DNA from: an uncultured Candidatus Binatia bacterium
GTDB taxonomy: Bacteria > Desulfobacterota > Binatia > HRBIN30 > CADEER01
Length of the DNA: 64,000 nucleotides
Direction of reading: 5' to 3'
NCBI GenBank assembly: GCA_965216585.1
Contig: CBDCGC010000003.1
Location: 2,337,219 to 2,401,218 of the forward strand
Shown here: positions 20,141 through 31,444 of the stretch, one piece after another
Position numbering within the stretch: position 1 is the first letter of the stretch
Layout of the letters: the number at the start of each line of letters is the position of its first letter
Program-made: the position numbers and the translations under genes
The notes under the pieces: model-generated
What the model was told of the DNA's origin: nothing
Database searches by the model: none
What the model saw: the letters and a program-made list of their open reading frames with translations, nothing else

Positions 20141-21520
20141 ATGGCGATCTCGAAGACTCTCGGCGCGACGTTGGTGGTGCTGGTTGCGTTAGCGGTTTCC
20201 AACGGCCTACTCACCGCAACGTCTCAGGCCGGCGATCCACCTTGTGCCGGGGATTGCAATGGCGACGGGGCCGTTCGCGTCAATGAGCTGATCGCCATGG
20301 TGCGCGTCGCGCTCGGCAACGGCGCAGTTGACGACTGTTCCGCCGGTGATGCCAACGGCGACGGTTCGATCCGGATTGACGACCTGATCGCCGCCGTGCG
20401 CAGCGGGCTCAGAGGTTGCGGCACTTCGGCGTTTGACGGCTTCGACCGGCGCGACGTCGAGCGACTCGCCGATGACGAGCTCGACGGCCGCGACAACGGC
20501 ACACCGGGGTCGCGGTTGGCGCAGGAGTACATCCTCGACCAGATTCGCGAATTCACCGTCGGCCTCGACACCTCGCGCAGCGGCGACGAGGCGTATCGAC
20601 AAACGTTCGACGGCGGCACCAACATCCTCGCTCTCATGCCGGGCGGCGAGCTGGCCGATGAATACGTTTTCATCGGCGGACACTACGACCACTTCGCCGG
20701 CTGCGCTGGCGTGTGCAACGGCGCCACCGACAACGCCGCCGGTAGCGCGATCGTGCTCGCCATCGCCCGCGGTCTCGCCGCCCAGGCCGGGCCGCCGCGC
20801 CGCTCGGTGGTCTTCGCCTTTTGGGATCGCGAGGAAGATGGCTTGCTCGGCTCGGCGCACTACACCAGCAATCCGCTCGTGCCGCTGGCCGATACGGTGG
20901 CCTATCTCAACTTCGACATCCAGGGCGCCAACCTTCTGCCCAGCTTGCGCAACATCTCCTTCGCCGTCGGCGCCGAGACCGGCGGAACGTCGTTCCAGGG
21001 ACAGGTGAGCGACGCCGTGGCGAGCACCGGGCTCGACGTCCGCCTGTTGTCTTCGATCTTCGGCCAGGCACGCAGCGACTACATCCACTTCATCAACGCC
21101 CAGGTGCCGACCGTTTTCTTCAGCGATTCGACAGGCCCCTGCTATCACACCGCCGGGGACGACGTGGAGATCGTCGACTTCGACAAGCTGGAGGCACAGA
21201 GCGGCATCGGTTTCGAGCTGGCGCAAACCGTCATCGGCAGCGACGCGCGGCCGGAGTTCGTCGCCATGACGCCGCTGGCGGTGTTCCAGGACGCGGTCGA
21301 GGTGCGCGACGTCATCGACCGGGCCATCGCCACCGATCTGGATCGTTTTCCCGGCGACAGCCGGGCGACCATTCTGCAGTTGCAGAGCGACCTCGCGGCG
21401 GCGGTGAGCGAGGGAGAGGACAACTTCGACAACGACGACATCGGCACCTTGCTGGTCGGCGTCGTCGCGGTCATCGATCTCCTCACCGAGCTTCCCTGCG
21501 ACGGATTTCTGACTCAATGA
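20141..21520 (+). CDS. secreted M28-family zinc peptidase with N-terminal double dockerin-like repeats
   Basis: Signal peptide; two DxNGDG(x)(V/I)xxx(E/D)L repeats (GDCNGDGAVRVNELIAMV, DANGDGSIRIDDLIAAV); M28 metal ligands HYDH, DNAAGSA, EED. Confidence 0.75.
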   Translation: MAISKTLGATLVVLVALAVSNGLLTATSQAGDPPCAGDCNGDGAVRVNELIAMVRVALGNGAVDDCSAGDANGDGSIRIDDLIAAVRSGLRGCGTSAFDGFDRRDVERLADDELDGRDNGTPGSRLAQEYILDQIREFTVGLDTSRSGDEAYRQTFDGGTNILALMPGGELADEYVFIGGHYDHFAGCAGVCNGATDNAAGSAIVLAIARGLAAQAGPPRRSVVFAFWDREEDGLLGSAHYTSNPLVPLADTVAYLNFDIQGANLLPSLRNISFAVGAETGGTSFQGQVSDAVASTGLDVRLLSSIFGQARSDYIHFINAQVPTVFFSDSTGPCYHTAGDDVEIVDFDKLEAQSGIGFELAQTVIGSDARPEFVAMTPLAVFQDAVEVRDVIDRAIATDLDRFPGDSRATILQLQSDLAAAVSEGEDNFDNDDIGTLLVGVVAVIDLLTELPCDGFLTQ

Positions 21521-21585
21521 ACGTATAATCGCGCCGGCGGCAGTCCTCTGGCTCCGCTAGAGCGATCCGGCTACTCTACGCAGCC

Positions 21586-23304
21586 GTGCGCTACTCTCGA
21601 TCACTCATTCCGACCCTCAAAGAGGATCCTTCCGACGCCGAAGTCGTCAGTCACAAGCTGATGGTGCGAGCTGGGATGATCCGCCAGGTAGCGCGCGGCA
21701 TCTACGACTTTCTCCCACTCGGCCTGCGCGTCGTGCGCAAGGTCGAGCGCATCGTGCGCGAAGAGATGGACCGCGCTGGCGCCCAGGAGATCCTCATGCC
21801 CGCGGTGTGCCCCGCCGAGCTGTGGCAGGAGTCCGGGCGCTGGGACCTCTACGGCCGCGAGTTGCTGCGCCTGAAAGACCGGCACGACCGCGACTTCTGC
21901 ATCGGCCCGACCCACGAGGAAGTGGTGACCGACATCGTGCGCCGCGAGATCCGTTCCTACCGCGACCTGCCGGCCAACCTCTACCAGATCCAGTCGAAGT
22001 TTCGCGACGAGATCCGCCCCCGTTTCGGCCTGATGCGCGGCCGCGAGTTCGTCATGAAAGACGCGTACTCGTTCCACACCGACTACGAGGACTGCAAGCG
22101 CGAGTACCAACACATGTTCGACACCTACACGCGCATCTTCGAGCGCTGTGGTCTCACCTTCCGCCCGGTCGAAGCGGCCACCGGCGCCATCGGCGGTTCG
22201 CTGTCACACGAGTTTCACGTGCTCGCCGAGTCGGGTGAAGACGCCCTGGTCTCCTGCCCGAACTGTACCTACGCCGCCAATGTCGAGAAGGCGGAGATCC
22301 GCGCACGCGCTGCCGGCGGCGGCGAATCCAGTGGCGCATCGGAGATCGTCGAGACACCCGGCAAGAAGACCGTCGAGGAGGTATCTCAGCTCCTCGACAT
22401 CGCGCCCCAACGCTTCATCAAAACGCTGCTCTTCAAGACCGAGAGCGCCGAGGTGATCGCCGCACTGGTACGCGGCGATCACGATCTCAGCGAAGACAAG
22501 CTGGTTTCCGCGCTGGGCTGCGAGCGCGTGGAGTTGGCCGAGGTCGCCGAAGTCGAGAAGCACACCGGCGCAGCTGTCGGCTTTGCCGGGCCAATCGGTT
22601 TGCAGATCCGCACCCTCGCCGACCATGCCATCGACGGCCTGAGCGGCGCCGTCACCGGAGCCAACCAAACCGACCACCACCGCAAGGGTGTCGATCAGCG
22701 GCGCGACTTCCCCGATGTCGCCTTTGCCGATCTGCGCACAGCGGCGCCGGGCGACCCCTGCGCCCGCTGCGACGACGGTGTATATGAAGGCCACCGCGGC
22801 ATCGAAGTCGGGCAGGTGTTCTACCTCGGCACCAAGTACAGCGAGTCGATGGACGCCTCCTACCTGGCCGAGAGCGGCGAGAAGCAGGTCATCGAGATGG
22901 GCTGCTACGGCATTGGCGTGACCCGCACGGTTGCGGCGGCGATCGAGCAAAACCACGACGACGGCGGGATCGTCTGGCCCCTGGCACTGGCGCCGGCACA
23001 CATCCATCTCGTCAACGTCAAGGCCAAGGATGCCGACCTTTGCGCCGCTGCCGACAAGCTCTACGACGATTTGCTCGCCGCCGGGTTGGAAGTTCTCTAC
23101 GACGACCGCGATGAACGAGCCGGCGTGAAGTTCAAGGACGCCGATCTCATCGGCATCCCCCATCGCCTGACACTCGGCCCAAGGGGAATGGCCAACGGCG
23201 TCGTCGAGCTCAAGCGGCGCAACGAGAGCGACGCGCGGGAGATCGCCCTCGCCAATGCGGCACCGGAACTGTCGGCGATGATCGACGCCGAGCTGAACGA
23301 GTGA
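21586..23304 (+). CDS. proS: proline--tRNA ligase (bacterial type with INS editing domain)
   Basis: GTG start; MRYSRSLIPTLKEDPSDAEVVSHKLMVRAGMIRQ..., class II aaRS motifs, 572 aa. Confidence 0.95.
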   Translation: MRYSRSLIPTLKEDPSDAEVVSHKLMVRAGMIRQVARGIYDFLPLGLRVVRKVERIVREEMDRAGAQEILMPAVCPAELWQESGRWDLYGRELLRLKDRHDRDFCIGPTHEEVVTDIVRREIRSYRDLPANLYQIQSKFRDEIRPRFGLMRGREFVMKDAYSFHTDYEDCKREYQHMFDTYTRIFERCGLTFRPVEAATGAIGGSLSHEFHVLAESGEDALVSCPNCTYAANVEKAEIRARAAGGGESSGASEIVETPGKKTVEEVSQLLDIAPQRFIKTLLFKTESAEVIAALVRGDHDLSEDKLVSALGCERVELAEVAEVEKHTGAAVGFAGPIGLQIRTLADHAIDGLSGAVTGANQTDHHRKGVDQRRDFPDVAFADLRTAAPGDPCARCDDGVYEGHRGIEVGQVFYLGTKYSESMDASYLAESGEKQVIEMGCYGIGVTRTVAAAIEQNHDDGGIVWPLALAPAHIHLVNVKAKDADLCAAADKLYDDLLAAGLEVLYDDRDERAGVKFKDADLIGIPHRLTLGPRGMANGVVELKRRNESDAREIALANAAPELSAMIDAELNE

Positions 23305-23348
23305 ACCGCACCGTCGCCCTTCGCGGCGCGAGCCGCTCACAAGCTGCC

Positions 23349-24080
23349 ATGCGCAAGCGGTTGATCTTCGCTCTCGACGTTCCAACGAAGCGCGAAGCGC
23401 TGTCCCTGGTCGACCTGCTCAAGGACGAAGTCGGGTTGTTCAAAGTCGGCAAGCAGCTCTTCGTCAACGCCGGGCCGGAGATCGTTCGCCAGCTTCGCAA
23501 ACGATCTTGCGACGTCTTCCTCGACCTCAAGTTTCACGACATCCCGCGCACCGTCGCCCGCGCCGCCGCCGAGGCGACTCTGCTCGACGTTGCGATGCTC
23601 GACGTGCACGCCACCGGCAGCGTCGAGATGATGCGCCAAACCGTCCACGAGGTCGCCCAAGCGGCGCGGCAGGCGCGGCTGCGCCGCCCCAAGCTGCTGG
23701 CCATCACCGTCCTGACCAGCTTGGGCAGGGAGGATCTCGCCCAGGTGGGCGTGCGCTCGAGCGTCGAGAACCAGGTCGCGCGGCTGGCCAAGCTGGCGCG
23801 CTTCTGCGGAATGGACGGCGTCGTCGGATCGCCGCACGAAGTTGCCCGCATCCGCCACGAATGCGGACCGCGCTTTCTCATCGTCACACCGGGGGTCCGA
23901 CCAACCAGCGCCGACGTCGAAGATCAGAAGCGAGTGATGACGCCAGAGGAGGCCATCCGCGCCGGCGCCAAGTACCTCGTCGTCGGCAGCCCCATCCGCA
24001 ACGCCACCGATCCCGTGCAGGCCGCGCGCGACATCGTCAACGAGATGCGCAAAGGCACTCGCCTGCCGCGCAAGAGCTGA
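23349..24080 (+). CDS. pyrF: orotidine-5'-phosphate decarboxylase
   Basis: LIFALDVP...DLKFHDIPRTV...VVGSPI motifs. ATG 23349 is preferred over the GTG 23301 that overlaps the proS stop. Confidence 0.85.
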   Translation: MRKRLIFALDVPTKREALSLVDLLKDEVGLFKVGKQLFVNAGPEIVRQLRKRSCDVFLDLKFHDIPRTVARAAAEATLLDVAMLDVHATGSVEMMRQTVHEVAQAARQARLRRPKLLAITVLTSLGREDLAQVGVRSSVENQVARLAKLARFCGMDGVVGSPHEVARIRHECGPRFLIVTPGVRPTSADVEDQKRVMTPEEAIRAGAKYLVVGSPIRNATDPVQAARDIVNEMRKGTRLPRKS

Positions 24081-24203
24081 CTCTCACGTCGGAGGATCTC
24101 GAGCTAGGTTGAAACTCGCTGCGCTCGTAGGCTCAGGCTTAGGCAAAGGCAAAGGTTGGTGTCGCTGCGCGAGGCAAATCGAGAGTTTCTCTATATGAAT
24201 TTT

Positions 24204-24226
24204 CCGGCGCCGCGCCGGGGGCTCGG

Positions 24227-24236
<10 letters not shown>
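24204..24236. terminator. two adjacent GC-rich hairpins (ccggcgc-c-gcgccgg; gctcggc-ta-gccgagc) between convergent pyrF and nuoN
   Basis: Perfect 7-bp stems seen directly. No canonical U-tract on either strand, so intrinsic-terminator function is uncertain. Confidence 0.3.
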
Positions 24237-25672
<1,436 letters not shown>

Positions 25673-25691
25673 CGCACGGCTCGTTGCGCAG

Positions 25692-25994
25692 CTACCAGCG
25701 CAACATCCTCACTTCGTCGGCGTTCAGAGTCTCGCGGTGGCGAAACAAGGCGATGATGATCGCCAAGCCAACGGCGACTTCGGCGGCCGCGACGGTCATG
25801 ACGAAGAACACGATGACCTGCCCGTCGAGACTCGCGTGCTGGCGCGAGAACGTGACGAAGGCGAGGTTGGCTGCGTTGAGCATCAACTCGATCGACATGA
25901 ACATCACGATCAGGTTGCGCCGAATCAAAAATCCGACGGCGCCGATGACGAAGAGAACGATGCTCAACAAGATGTAGTAGGTCGCCGGAACCAT
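25692..25994 (-). CDS. nuoK: NADH-quinone oxidoreductase subunit K
   Basis: 100 aa; [26 protein letters not shown]...[17 protein letters not shown], compare E. coli NuoK. Confidence 0.9.
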   Translation of the reverse strand: MVPATYYILLSIVLFVIGAVGFLIRRNLIVMFMSIELMLNAANLAFVTFSRQHASLDGQVIVFFVMTVAAAEVAVGLAIIIALFRHRETLNADEVRMLRW

Positions 25995-25997
25995 GGC

Positions 25998-26507
25998 TCA
26001 CACCAACTTCTTTTTGGCGAGGACGACGGCGCCGAGAACGGCAACGAGCAGCAGTACCGACGTGATCTCAAAGGGCAGGACAAAGTGGGTGAACAAGCGC
26101 TCGCCGATCGCCTCCGACGTGCCAAACCCGCCCGGCGCCGCAACGCCCATACCGGGCCCGGGCAGCGCACCAGAGCCTCGAAACAGCGACAGTGAGGCGA
26201 TCACAGAAAAGAGTGCGCCGCCGACCACTGCCGCAACGGTAAAGCTCTGCCTTCGTTTGAGCGGTAGATCCGCTTCGAGGTTGAGCAACATGATGACGAA
26301 GAGAAAGAGGACGAGAATCGCGCCGGCGTAGACGATGATCTGCAACGCAGCAACCAGATGCGCCTCGAGAAAAACGAAAACGATGGCCAACAGGAAAAGC
26401 GTCACCGCCAGACAGAGAGCGCTGCGAATCGGGTGCCGGTTGAGAATGACACCGAGCGCGAAGACGACGATCAGCGCGGCGAGCGGGAAAAACGTCCACG
26501 GAGTCAT
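25998..26507 (-). CDS. nuoJ: NADH-quinone oxidoreductase subunit J
   Basis: ALQIIVYAGAILVLFLFVIMLLNLE signature of NuoJ (ND6). Confidence 0.85.
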   Translation of the reverse strand: MTPWTFFPLAALIVVFALGVILNRHPIRSALCLAVTLFLLAIVFVFLEAHLVAALQIIVYAGAILVLFLFVIMLLNLEADLPLKRRQSFTVAAVVGGALFSVIASLSLFRGSGALPGPGMGVAAPGGFGTSEAIGERLFTHFVLPFEITSVLLLVAVLGAVVLAKKKLV

Positions 26508-26511
26508 GCGC

Positions 26512-27606
26512 TCACGCCGCTTCGGTCAGCAACACCGCAAACGCCGTAGCGACGATGTTGACGAAGCCGATGGGCAACAACCCCAGCCACCCGAGCTTCA
26601 TGAGTTGATCGTAGCGAAAACGCGGTATCGTCCAGCGAATCATGATTTGTAGCCAGCAGAAGAAAACGACCTTGAGCAAAAACGCAGCGACTTGCAGGAG
26701 CACCACGGCGAGGTGGGGCAGAGCGATCGAGCCGCCGCCGGGAAATGCGAACCCATCGGCGCCGAGATAAGGGACCTGCCAACCACCAAAGAAGAGTGTG
26801 GCGACCATGCCGGAGACGACGATGACTTCGACGAAGTCAGTCATGAAAAACATCAGGTGTTTGACCCCGGAGTACTCGGTGAAGTACCCGCTGATCAGCT
26901 CCGATTCGCTCTCCGGTAGATCGAAGGGAATGCGCTTGCTCTCGGCGATGCCGGCGCAGAGGAAGATCAAGAACGCCACCGGCTGGTAGAAGATCCCCCA
27001 GGCCGGTAGCCAACCCCAGAGGAGATCGCCCTGGGCGCGCACCATCTCCTGTAGACTGAGCGTGCCGTAGGTGAGGATCATGGCGACGATGGCCAGGCCC
27101 ATCGGCAGCTCGTAGGAGATCATCTGGGCCGAGCCGCGAATGCCACCGAGTAGAGACCAGCGGTTGTTCGAAGCCCAGCCCCCGAGCACGACGCCGTAGA
27201 CTCCCAACGACATCATCGCCAACAAGTACATCACTCCGATGTCGAGCGGCGCTACTTGCAGGTTGATCTCGCGCTCGCCGACGATGAGCACGTTGCCAAA
27301 AGGTAGCACCGCGAACGCCGCGAGTACCGGCAGCAGATTGATGCACGGAGCCAGCGTGTGCAGAAGGCGGTCCGCGCCGCGCGGAATGACGTCTTCTTTG
27401 GTAATGAATTTCAACGGATCGGCAGCGAGGGTGTTGACCAGACCAGCGCCGGTGAATCCGAAAATGCTGGCGCGGTTGGCGCCGATGCGATCGTGGATCA
27501 GAGCGCTGCCCTTGCGCTCGATCCAGCCCAGTGTTCCCGCCAGCGGCAAGACGATACCGAGGACCGCGAGAACCTTTGCTGCAATGATGCCGATCTCGAG
27601 AATCAT
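26512..27606 (-). CDS. nuoH: NADH-quinone oxidoreductase subunit H
   Basis: 364 aa; GWIERKGSALIHDRIGANRA...YELPMGLAIVAMIL...PFDLPESESELISGY NuoH (ND1) signature. Confidence 0.9.
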   Translation of the reverse strand: MILEIGIIAAKVLAVLGIVLPLAGTLGWIERKGSALIHDRIGANRASIFGFTGAGLVNTLAADPLKFITKEDVIPRGADRLLHTLAPCINLLPVLAAFAVLPFGNVLIVGEREINLQVAPLDIGVMYLLAMMSLGVYGVVLGGWASNNRWSLLGGIRGSAQMISYELPMGLAIVAMILTYGTLSLQEMVRAQGDLLWGWLPAWGIFYQPVAFLIFLCAGIAESKRIPFDLPESESELISGYFTEYSGVKHLMFFMTDFVEVIVVSGMVATLFFGGWQVPYLGADGFAFPGGGSIALPHLAVVLLQVAAFLLKVVFFCWLQIMIRWTIPRFRYDQLMKLGWLGLLPIGFVNIVATAFAVLLTEAA

Positions 27607-27621
27607 GACGGCCAGATCGCC

Positions 27622-28101
27622 CTACACGTTGGCCAATCGGTCGATGATGGCCAGCGTTTCGGCGGTGGTCAGATTCTCCCAGTAGTCATCGTTGATCTGC
27701 ATCATCGGTCCCGTGCCGCACGACGCCAGACACTCCACCTCGTCGAGGGAAAACATTCCGTCTTCGGTGGTTTCACCAAAGCCGATGCCGAGCTTCTTCT
27801 TGAGACAGTCGGCGATCGTCGCCGATCCGACGAGAGAGCAAGACAGATTCGTGCACACCTGCACGTGGAACCTGCCCATCGGCTTCTTGTAGTACATCGT
27901 GTAGAATGACGCGACGGAAGCGACGAAGGTCGGCGGTAGATCGAGGAGCTCGGCAACGTGTGCGAGGGCGTCCGTGCTCAGATAGCCGAGCTCTTTCTGC
28001 GCCAACCACAGCGTCGGCATCAGCGCCGCGCGCTTCTCCGGGTAGCGCGAGAGGATCTCGGCGAAGTGTTTCTTTCCCTCTGGTGAAAGCTCGACCGCCA
28101 T
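27622..28101 (-). CDS. nuoE: NADH-quinone oxidoreductase subunit E (24-kDa, 2Fe-2S)
   Basis: Internal Met start chosen (MAVELSPEG...); CTNLSCSLVG and CLASCGTGPMMQIND Cys motifs of NuoE. Confidence 0.85.
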   Translation of the reverse strand: MAVELSPEGKKHFAEILSRYPEKRAALMPTLWLAQKELGYLSTDALAHVAELLDLPPTFVASVASFYTMYYKKPMGRFHVQVCTNLSCSLVGSATIADCLKKKLGIGFGETTEDGMFSLDEVECLASCGTGPMMQINDDYWENLTTAETLAIIDRLANV

Positions 28102-28112
28102 CTTCAACCCGC

Positions 28113-29306
28113 TCAGCGGTCGCACTCGCCACCGATCATGTTGATCATGCCAAAGGTTGGAATGATGTCGGCAACCATGTGACCGCGGATCATTGCGGCA
28201 AAGGCCGACATGCCGAGAAAGCACGGTGGCCGCACCCGACAGCGATAGGGCCGGCCACTACCGTCACTGACGACGTAGAACCCGACCTCGCCATTCGCAC
28301 CCTCGACCGCCTGGTAGACCTCACCGGCCGGCACCTTGGCGCCCTCCATGATCAGTTTGAAGTGGTTCATCAGACCTTCGATCGTGTTGTAGACTTCGTG
28401 CTTCTCCGGTAGCACGTAGCGCGCATCGTCGATGCGCACCGGGCCGTCGGGAAGGTTCTGCATCGCCTGGTCGATGATCTTCAGGCTCTCGCCGATCTCG
28501 TTGAAACGCACGAGAAAGCGGTCGTAGTTGTCGCCCTGTTCGCCGAGCGGGACGTCGAAGTCGAAGTTCTCATAGCCGCAGTAGGGAGACGCCTTGCGCA
28601 CGTCGTAGTCGACGCCGCTGGCCCGCAGCAGCGGTCCGGTGAGACCGTAGGAGATCGCATCGTCTTGCGAGAGAACACCGATCCCCGACATGCGGTCGTA
28701 GAAGATGCGATTGCGCGTGAGCAACTTGTCGCAGTCGTCGAGGATCGCGTGCAGGTGCTTGAAGGCATCACCGATGCGCTGCTCGAAGTCGGGCGGCAAA
28801 TCGTTGGTGACACCGCCAATACGCGTATAGGAAACCGTAACGCGCGCGCCGGTCACCGCTTCGACGATGTCCCACAACAACTCGCGAGCTTCGTTGAGCA
28901 GAAAACCGACCGTCATCGCGCCCATCTCTCCGGCCGCCATACCGAGGCAAGTGAGGTGGTCGGTAACGCGCGACACCTCACTCATGATGACGCGAATGAA
29001 GCGACAACGCGGCGGCACCTCGACACCACACAAACGTTCGACCGCAATCGCGAAACCAACGTTGTTGATCAGCGGCGAAACGTAGTTGAGGCGATCGGTG
29101 TAGGGAATCGCCTGCGTCCACGTTCCCTGCTCGATCATCTTCTCGAATCCCCGGTGCAGGTAGCCGACCTCGGTGTCGCAACCGACCACCTCTTCGCCGT
29201 CGAGCTCGAGGTTGAACTTGATCGTACCGTGCGTCGCCGGATGGGAAGGACCCATCTGGATGCGCATGATCTCTTCGGTCGGGTCGCGGTGTGCCGGCTC
29301 GGCCAT
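28113..29306 (-). CDS. nuoD: NADH-quinone oxidoreductase subunit D (49-kDa)
   Basis: Start at MAEPAHRD (ATG 29306, single-base overlap with the nuoC stop); MGPSHPATHGTIKFNLELDGEEVV signature. Confidence 0.9.
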   Translation of the reverse strand: MAEPAHRDPTEEIMRIQMGPSHPATHGTIKFNLELDGEEVVGCDTEVGYLHRGFEKMIEQGTWTQAIPYTDRLNYVSPLINNVGFAIAVERLCGVEVPPRCRFIRVIMSEVSRVTDHLTCLGMAAGEMGAMTVGFLLNEARELLWDIVEAVTGARVTVSYTRIGGVTNDLPPDFEQRIGDAFKHLHAILDDCDKLLTRNRIFYDRMSGIGVLSQDDAISYGLTGPLLRASGVDYDVRKASPYCGYENFDFDVPLGEQGDNYDRFLVRFNEIGESLKIIDQAMQNLPDGPVRIDDARYVLPEKHEVYNTIEGLMNHFKLIMEGAKVPAGEVYQAVEGANGEVGFYVVSDGSGRPYRCRVRPPCFLGMSAFAAMIRGHMVADIIPTFGMINMIGGECDR

Positions 29307-29812
29307 CAGAACTTCCAATCCTGCACGATCGGGTCGCGTTCTTCGGTCAGCGGTTGCCGCTTGTCGACCGGATAGTCTTTGCGCAGCGGGTGACCCTCGA
29401 ACTCCTCGTACATGAGGATGCGCCGCAGGTCGGGGTGGCCGTCGAAGTGGATGCCCAGCATGTCCCACGCTTCGCGCTCCAGCCAATTCGCCGACTTCCA
29501 GATTTCACACAAGGAGTGGACGCGCGCGTCATTCTCAGGAACCCGGATCTTGACGCGCAGGAAGTGATTCCGCGCCAGTGATCGCAGATGGTAGACCACC
29601 TCGAAGCGCGGCTCGCGGCCGAGGTAGTCGACTGCCGTCACATCGGTCAGACAAGAGAAGTCGAGATCCGGGTCGGCGCTCAACTTGCGAAAGAACCCCA
29701 ACGCCCCCTCGCGCTCGATGACGACCGCTGCCTCGGCGAAAGCCTCGCTCGCTTCGACGAGCAGCGCGCCGGCCAGTGGCCGCACCGCTTCGATCAGATC
29801 GGCCGGGCTCAT
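29306..29812 (-). CDS. nuoC: NADH-quinone oxidoreductase subunit C (30-kDa)
   Basis: Start MSPADLIEAV (ATG 29812, ATGA overlap with the nuoA stop); WKSANWLEREAWDMLGIHFDGHPDLRRIL signature. Confidence 0.8.
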   Translation of the reverse strand: MSPADLIEAVRPLAGALLVEASEAFAEAAVVIEREGALGFFRKLSADPDLDFSCLTDVTAVDYLGREPRFEVVYHLRSLARNHFLRVKIRVPENDARVHSLCEIWKSANWLEREAWDMLGIHFDGHPDLRRILMYEEFEGHPLRKDYPVDKRQPLTEERDPIVQDWKF

Positions 29813-30165
29813 TCCCACTCCAGTGCGCCTTTGCGCCATTCGTAGAGCAATCCGAGACTGAGCACGGCGATGAAGATGCCCATCGAGCCCATGCCGAACC
29901 AGCCCAAGCGGCGGAAGACGAGTGCCCAGGGGTACATGAAGACCACTTCGACGTCGAAGACGATGAAGAGGATCGCGGTGAGGTAGAACTTGACCGAGAA
30001 ACGACCCCAGGCAGAGCCGCTCGACTCGTTGCCACACTCGAAGGCATCGAGCTTCGATTCAGTCTGGTTGCGCGGGCCCAGCAGACGACCGGCGTTGACC
30101 ATCAGCGTTACCACCGCTCCGGCGATCAGCAACATGATCACCACCGGAAGGTATTCGTTTGCCAT
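29809..30165 (-). CDS. nuoA: NADH-quinone oxidoreductase subunit A
   Basis: 118 aa; FYLTAILFIVFDVEVVFMYPWA NuoA (ND3) signature. Confidence 0.85.
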   Translation of the reverse strand: MANEYLPVVIMLLIAGAVVTLMVNAGRLLGPRNQTESKLDAFECGNESSGSAWGRFSVKFYLTAILFIVFDVEVVFMYPWALVFRRLGWFGMGSMGIFIAVLSLGLLYEWRKGALEWE

Positions 30166-30344
30166 CGTCGATTTGTGGATGATTTTCGAAGGTTTGTAGT
30201 TGTCGCGAAGGACGCTGAGGGACTTTCCCGGCTATGTGAAGGCCGTTTCGAAGTCAAGGTAACGAGGGTTCCCGCGCCACCCGACGCACTCCACCGCCGC
30301 ACTCCACCGTTGCACTGAGTCACCCGGCCGGGCTAGCTGAGCGC

Positions 30345-31439
30345 GTGGCCGAGAATCTCCTGACAATCCACCCCGATCTGGACGAGATGATGCGCGTCCG
30401 TTTTGGTGGCTGCGTCACCATCTCCCGGCGCGAGCCAATCGCCGGCGACGCCTCCTCTCTGCGCTCGTACGTCCGCCTGTGGCTCGACGGCCAGGACGCA
30501 CCGGCAACGGCGGTCGCCATGGTGATGCAGGGACTCGAGGCGGCGAAAACTTCGGAGGAGGGGGGCGAAGAGGTCGAAAGCGACGAGATTCCCTTCGTCA
30601 ACGTCTACCATTTTCTCGTCGCCAACGAGGTGTCGGTACCGGAGATCTACGTCGACGCCGCTGAGGATGGCGTGTTGATCCTCGAAGACGTCGGCGACGT
30701 CGCGCTGTGGGACGCGGTGGAAAACGCACCGGCAAACGAGACCCGCCGTCTCTTCGGTCTCGCCATCGAGCAGCTCTTGCGCATCCAGATCGACGGCACC
30801 GCGTCGCGCGACGAAGCGTGCATCGGCTTCTCGCGCCAATTCGACGAGGATCTCTACATGTGGGAGCTCGAGCACTTTCTCGAGTGGGGTTTCAGCGGTA
30901 TCGACGGTCCTCCTGCCGCCGCCGAGCTACGCGAGTTGCGGCGCTGCTTTGCCAAGCTCGCCGCCGATCTGGGCAACCAACCGCGCGTCCTCAACCACCG
31001 CGACTATCACGCCTGGAATCTCTACCTGCACGACGGCCGTATCCGCGTCATCGACTTCCAGGATCTACTCCTCGCGGCGGCGCCGTACGATCTGGCAACA
31101 CTGCTCGGCGATCGCATCACACCGAGCGCCATCGATGCCGAGCTCGAGCGAGCTCTGGTAGCCGACTACGGAAACGCCTGGGCACAGCATCCGGCGGCGC
31201 CGTGGCGTTTTGACGATGAAGAGCTCTGGCGCGTGTACCGCGATTGCGCCCTTCAGAAGGCCTTCAAGGTCGTGGGAAGGTTTCACTACCTCGACCGCGT
31301 CAAGCAGAAGTCGTCTCACCTGCGCTTCATTCCGCCAACCCTCGAACGCATCCAGACATTGTTGACCGAGCGAGACGACCCCGAGATGCGCGTCGTACAC
31401 GAAATCCTGCAGCCGTATTTTGCGGAGCTGCGGGCGTGA
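30345..31439 (+). CDS. aminoglycoside-phosphotransferase/choline-kinase-fold kinase, AmgK-like (anomeric MurNAc/GlcNAc kinase candidate)
   Basis: Brenner motif HRDYHAWNL and DFQD. Adjacent to an NTP-transferase, as in the AmgK-MurU peptidoglycan-recycling pair. Start uncertain (GTG 30345 or ATG about 30387). Confidence 0.65.
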   Translation: MAENLLTIHPDLDEMMRVRFGGCVTISRREPIAGDASSLRSYVRLWLDGQDAPATAVAMVMQGLEAAKTSEEGGEEVESDEIPFVNVYHFLVANEVSVPEIYVDAAEDGVLILEDVGDVALWDAVENAPANETRRLFGLAIEQLLRIQIDGTASRDEACIGFSRQFDEDLYMWELEHFLEWGFSGIDGPPAAAELRELRRCFAKLAADLGNQPRVLNHRDYHAWNLYLHDGRIRVIDFQDLLLAAAPYDLATLLGDRITPSAIDAELERALVADYGNAWAQHPAAPWRFDDEELWRVYRDCALQKAFKVVGRFHYLDRVKQKSSHLRFIPPTLERIQTLLTERDDPEMRVVHEILQPYFAELRA

Positions 31440-31444
31440 AGGCG

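Noticed and set aside
23301-23348. GTG start at 23301 for pyrF (as in ORF track)
   Set aside because: Would overlap the proS stop and add 16 non-conserved residues. ATG 23349 begins at the conserved MRKRLIFALDV.
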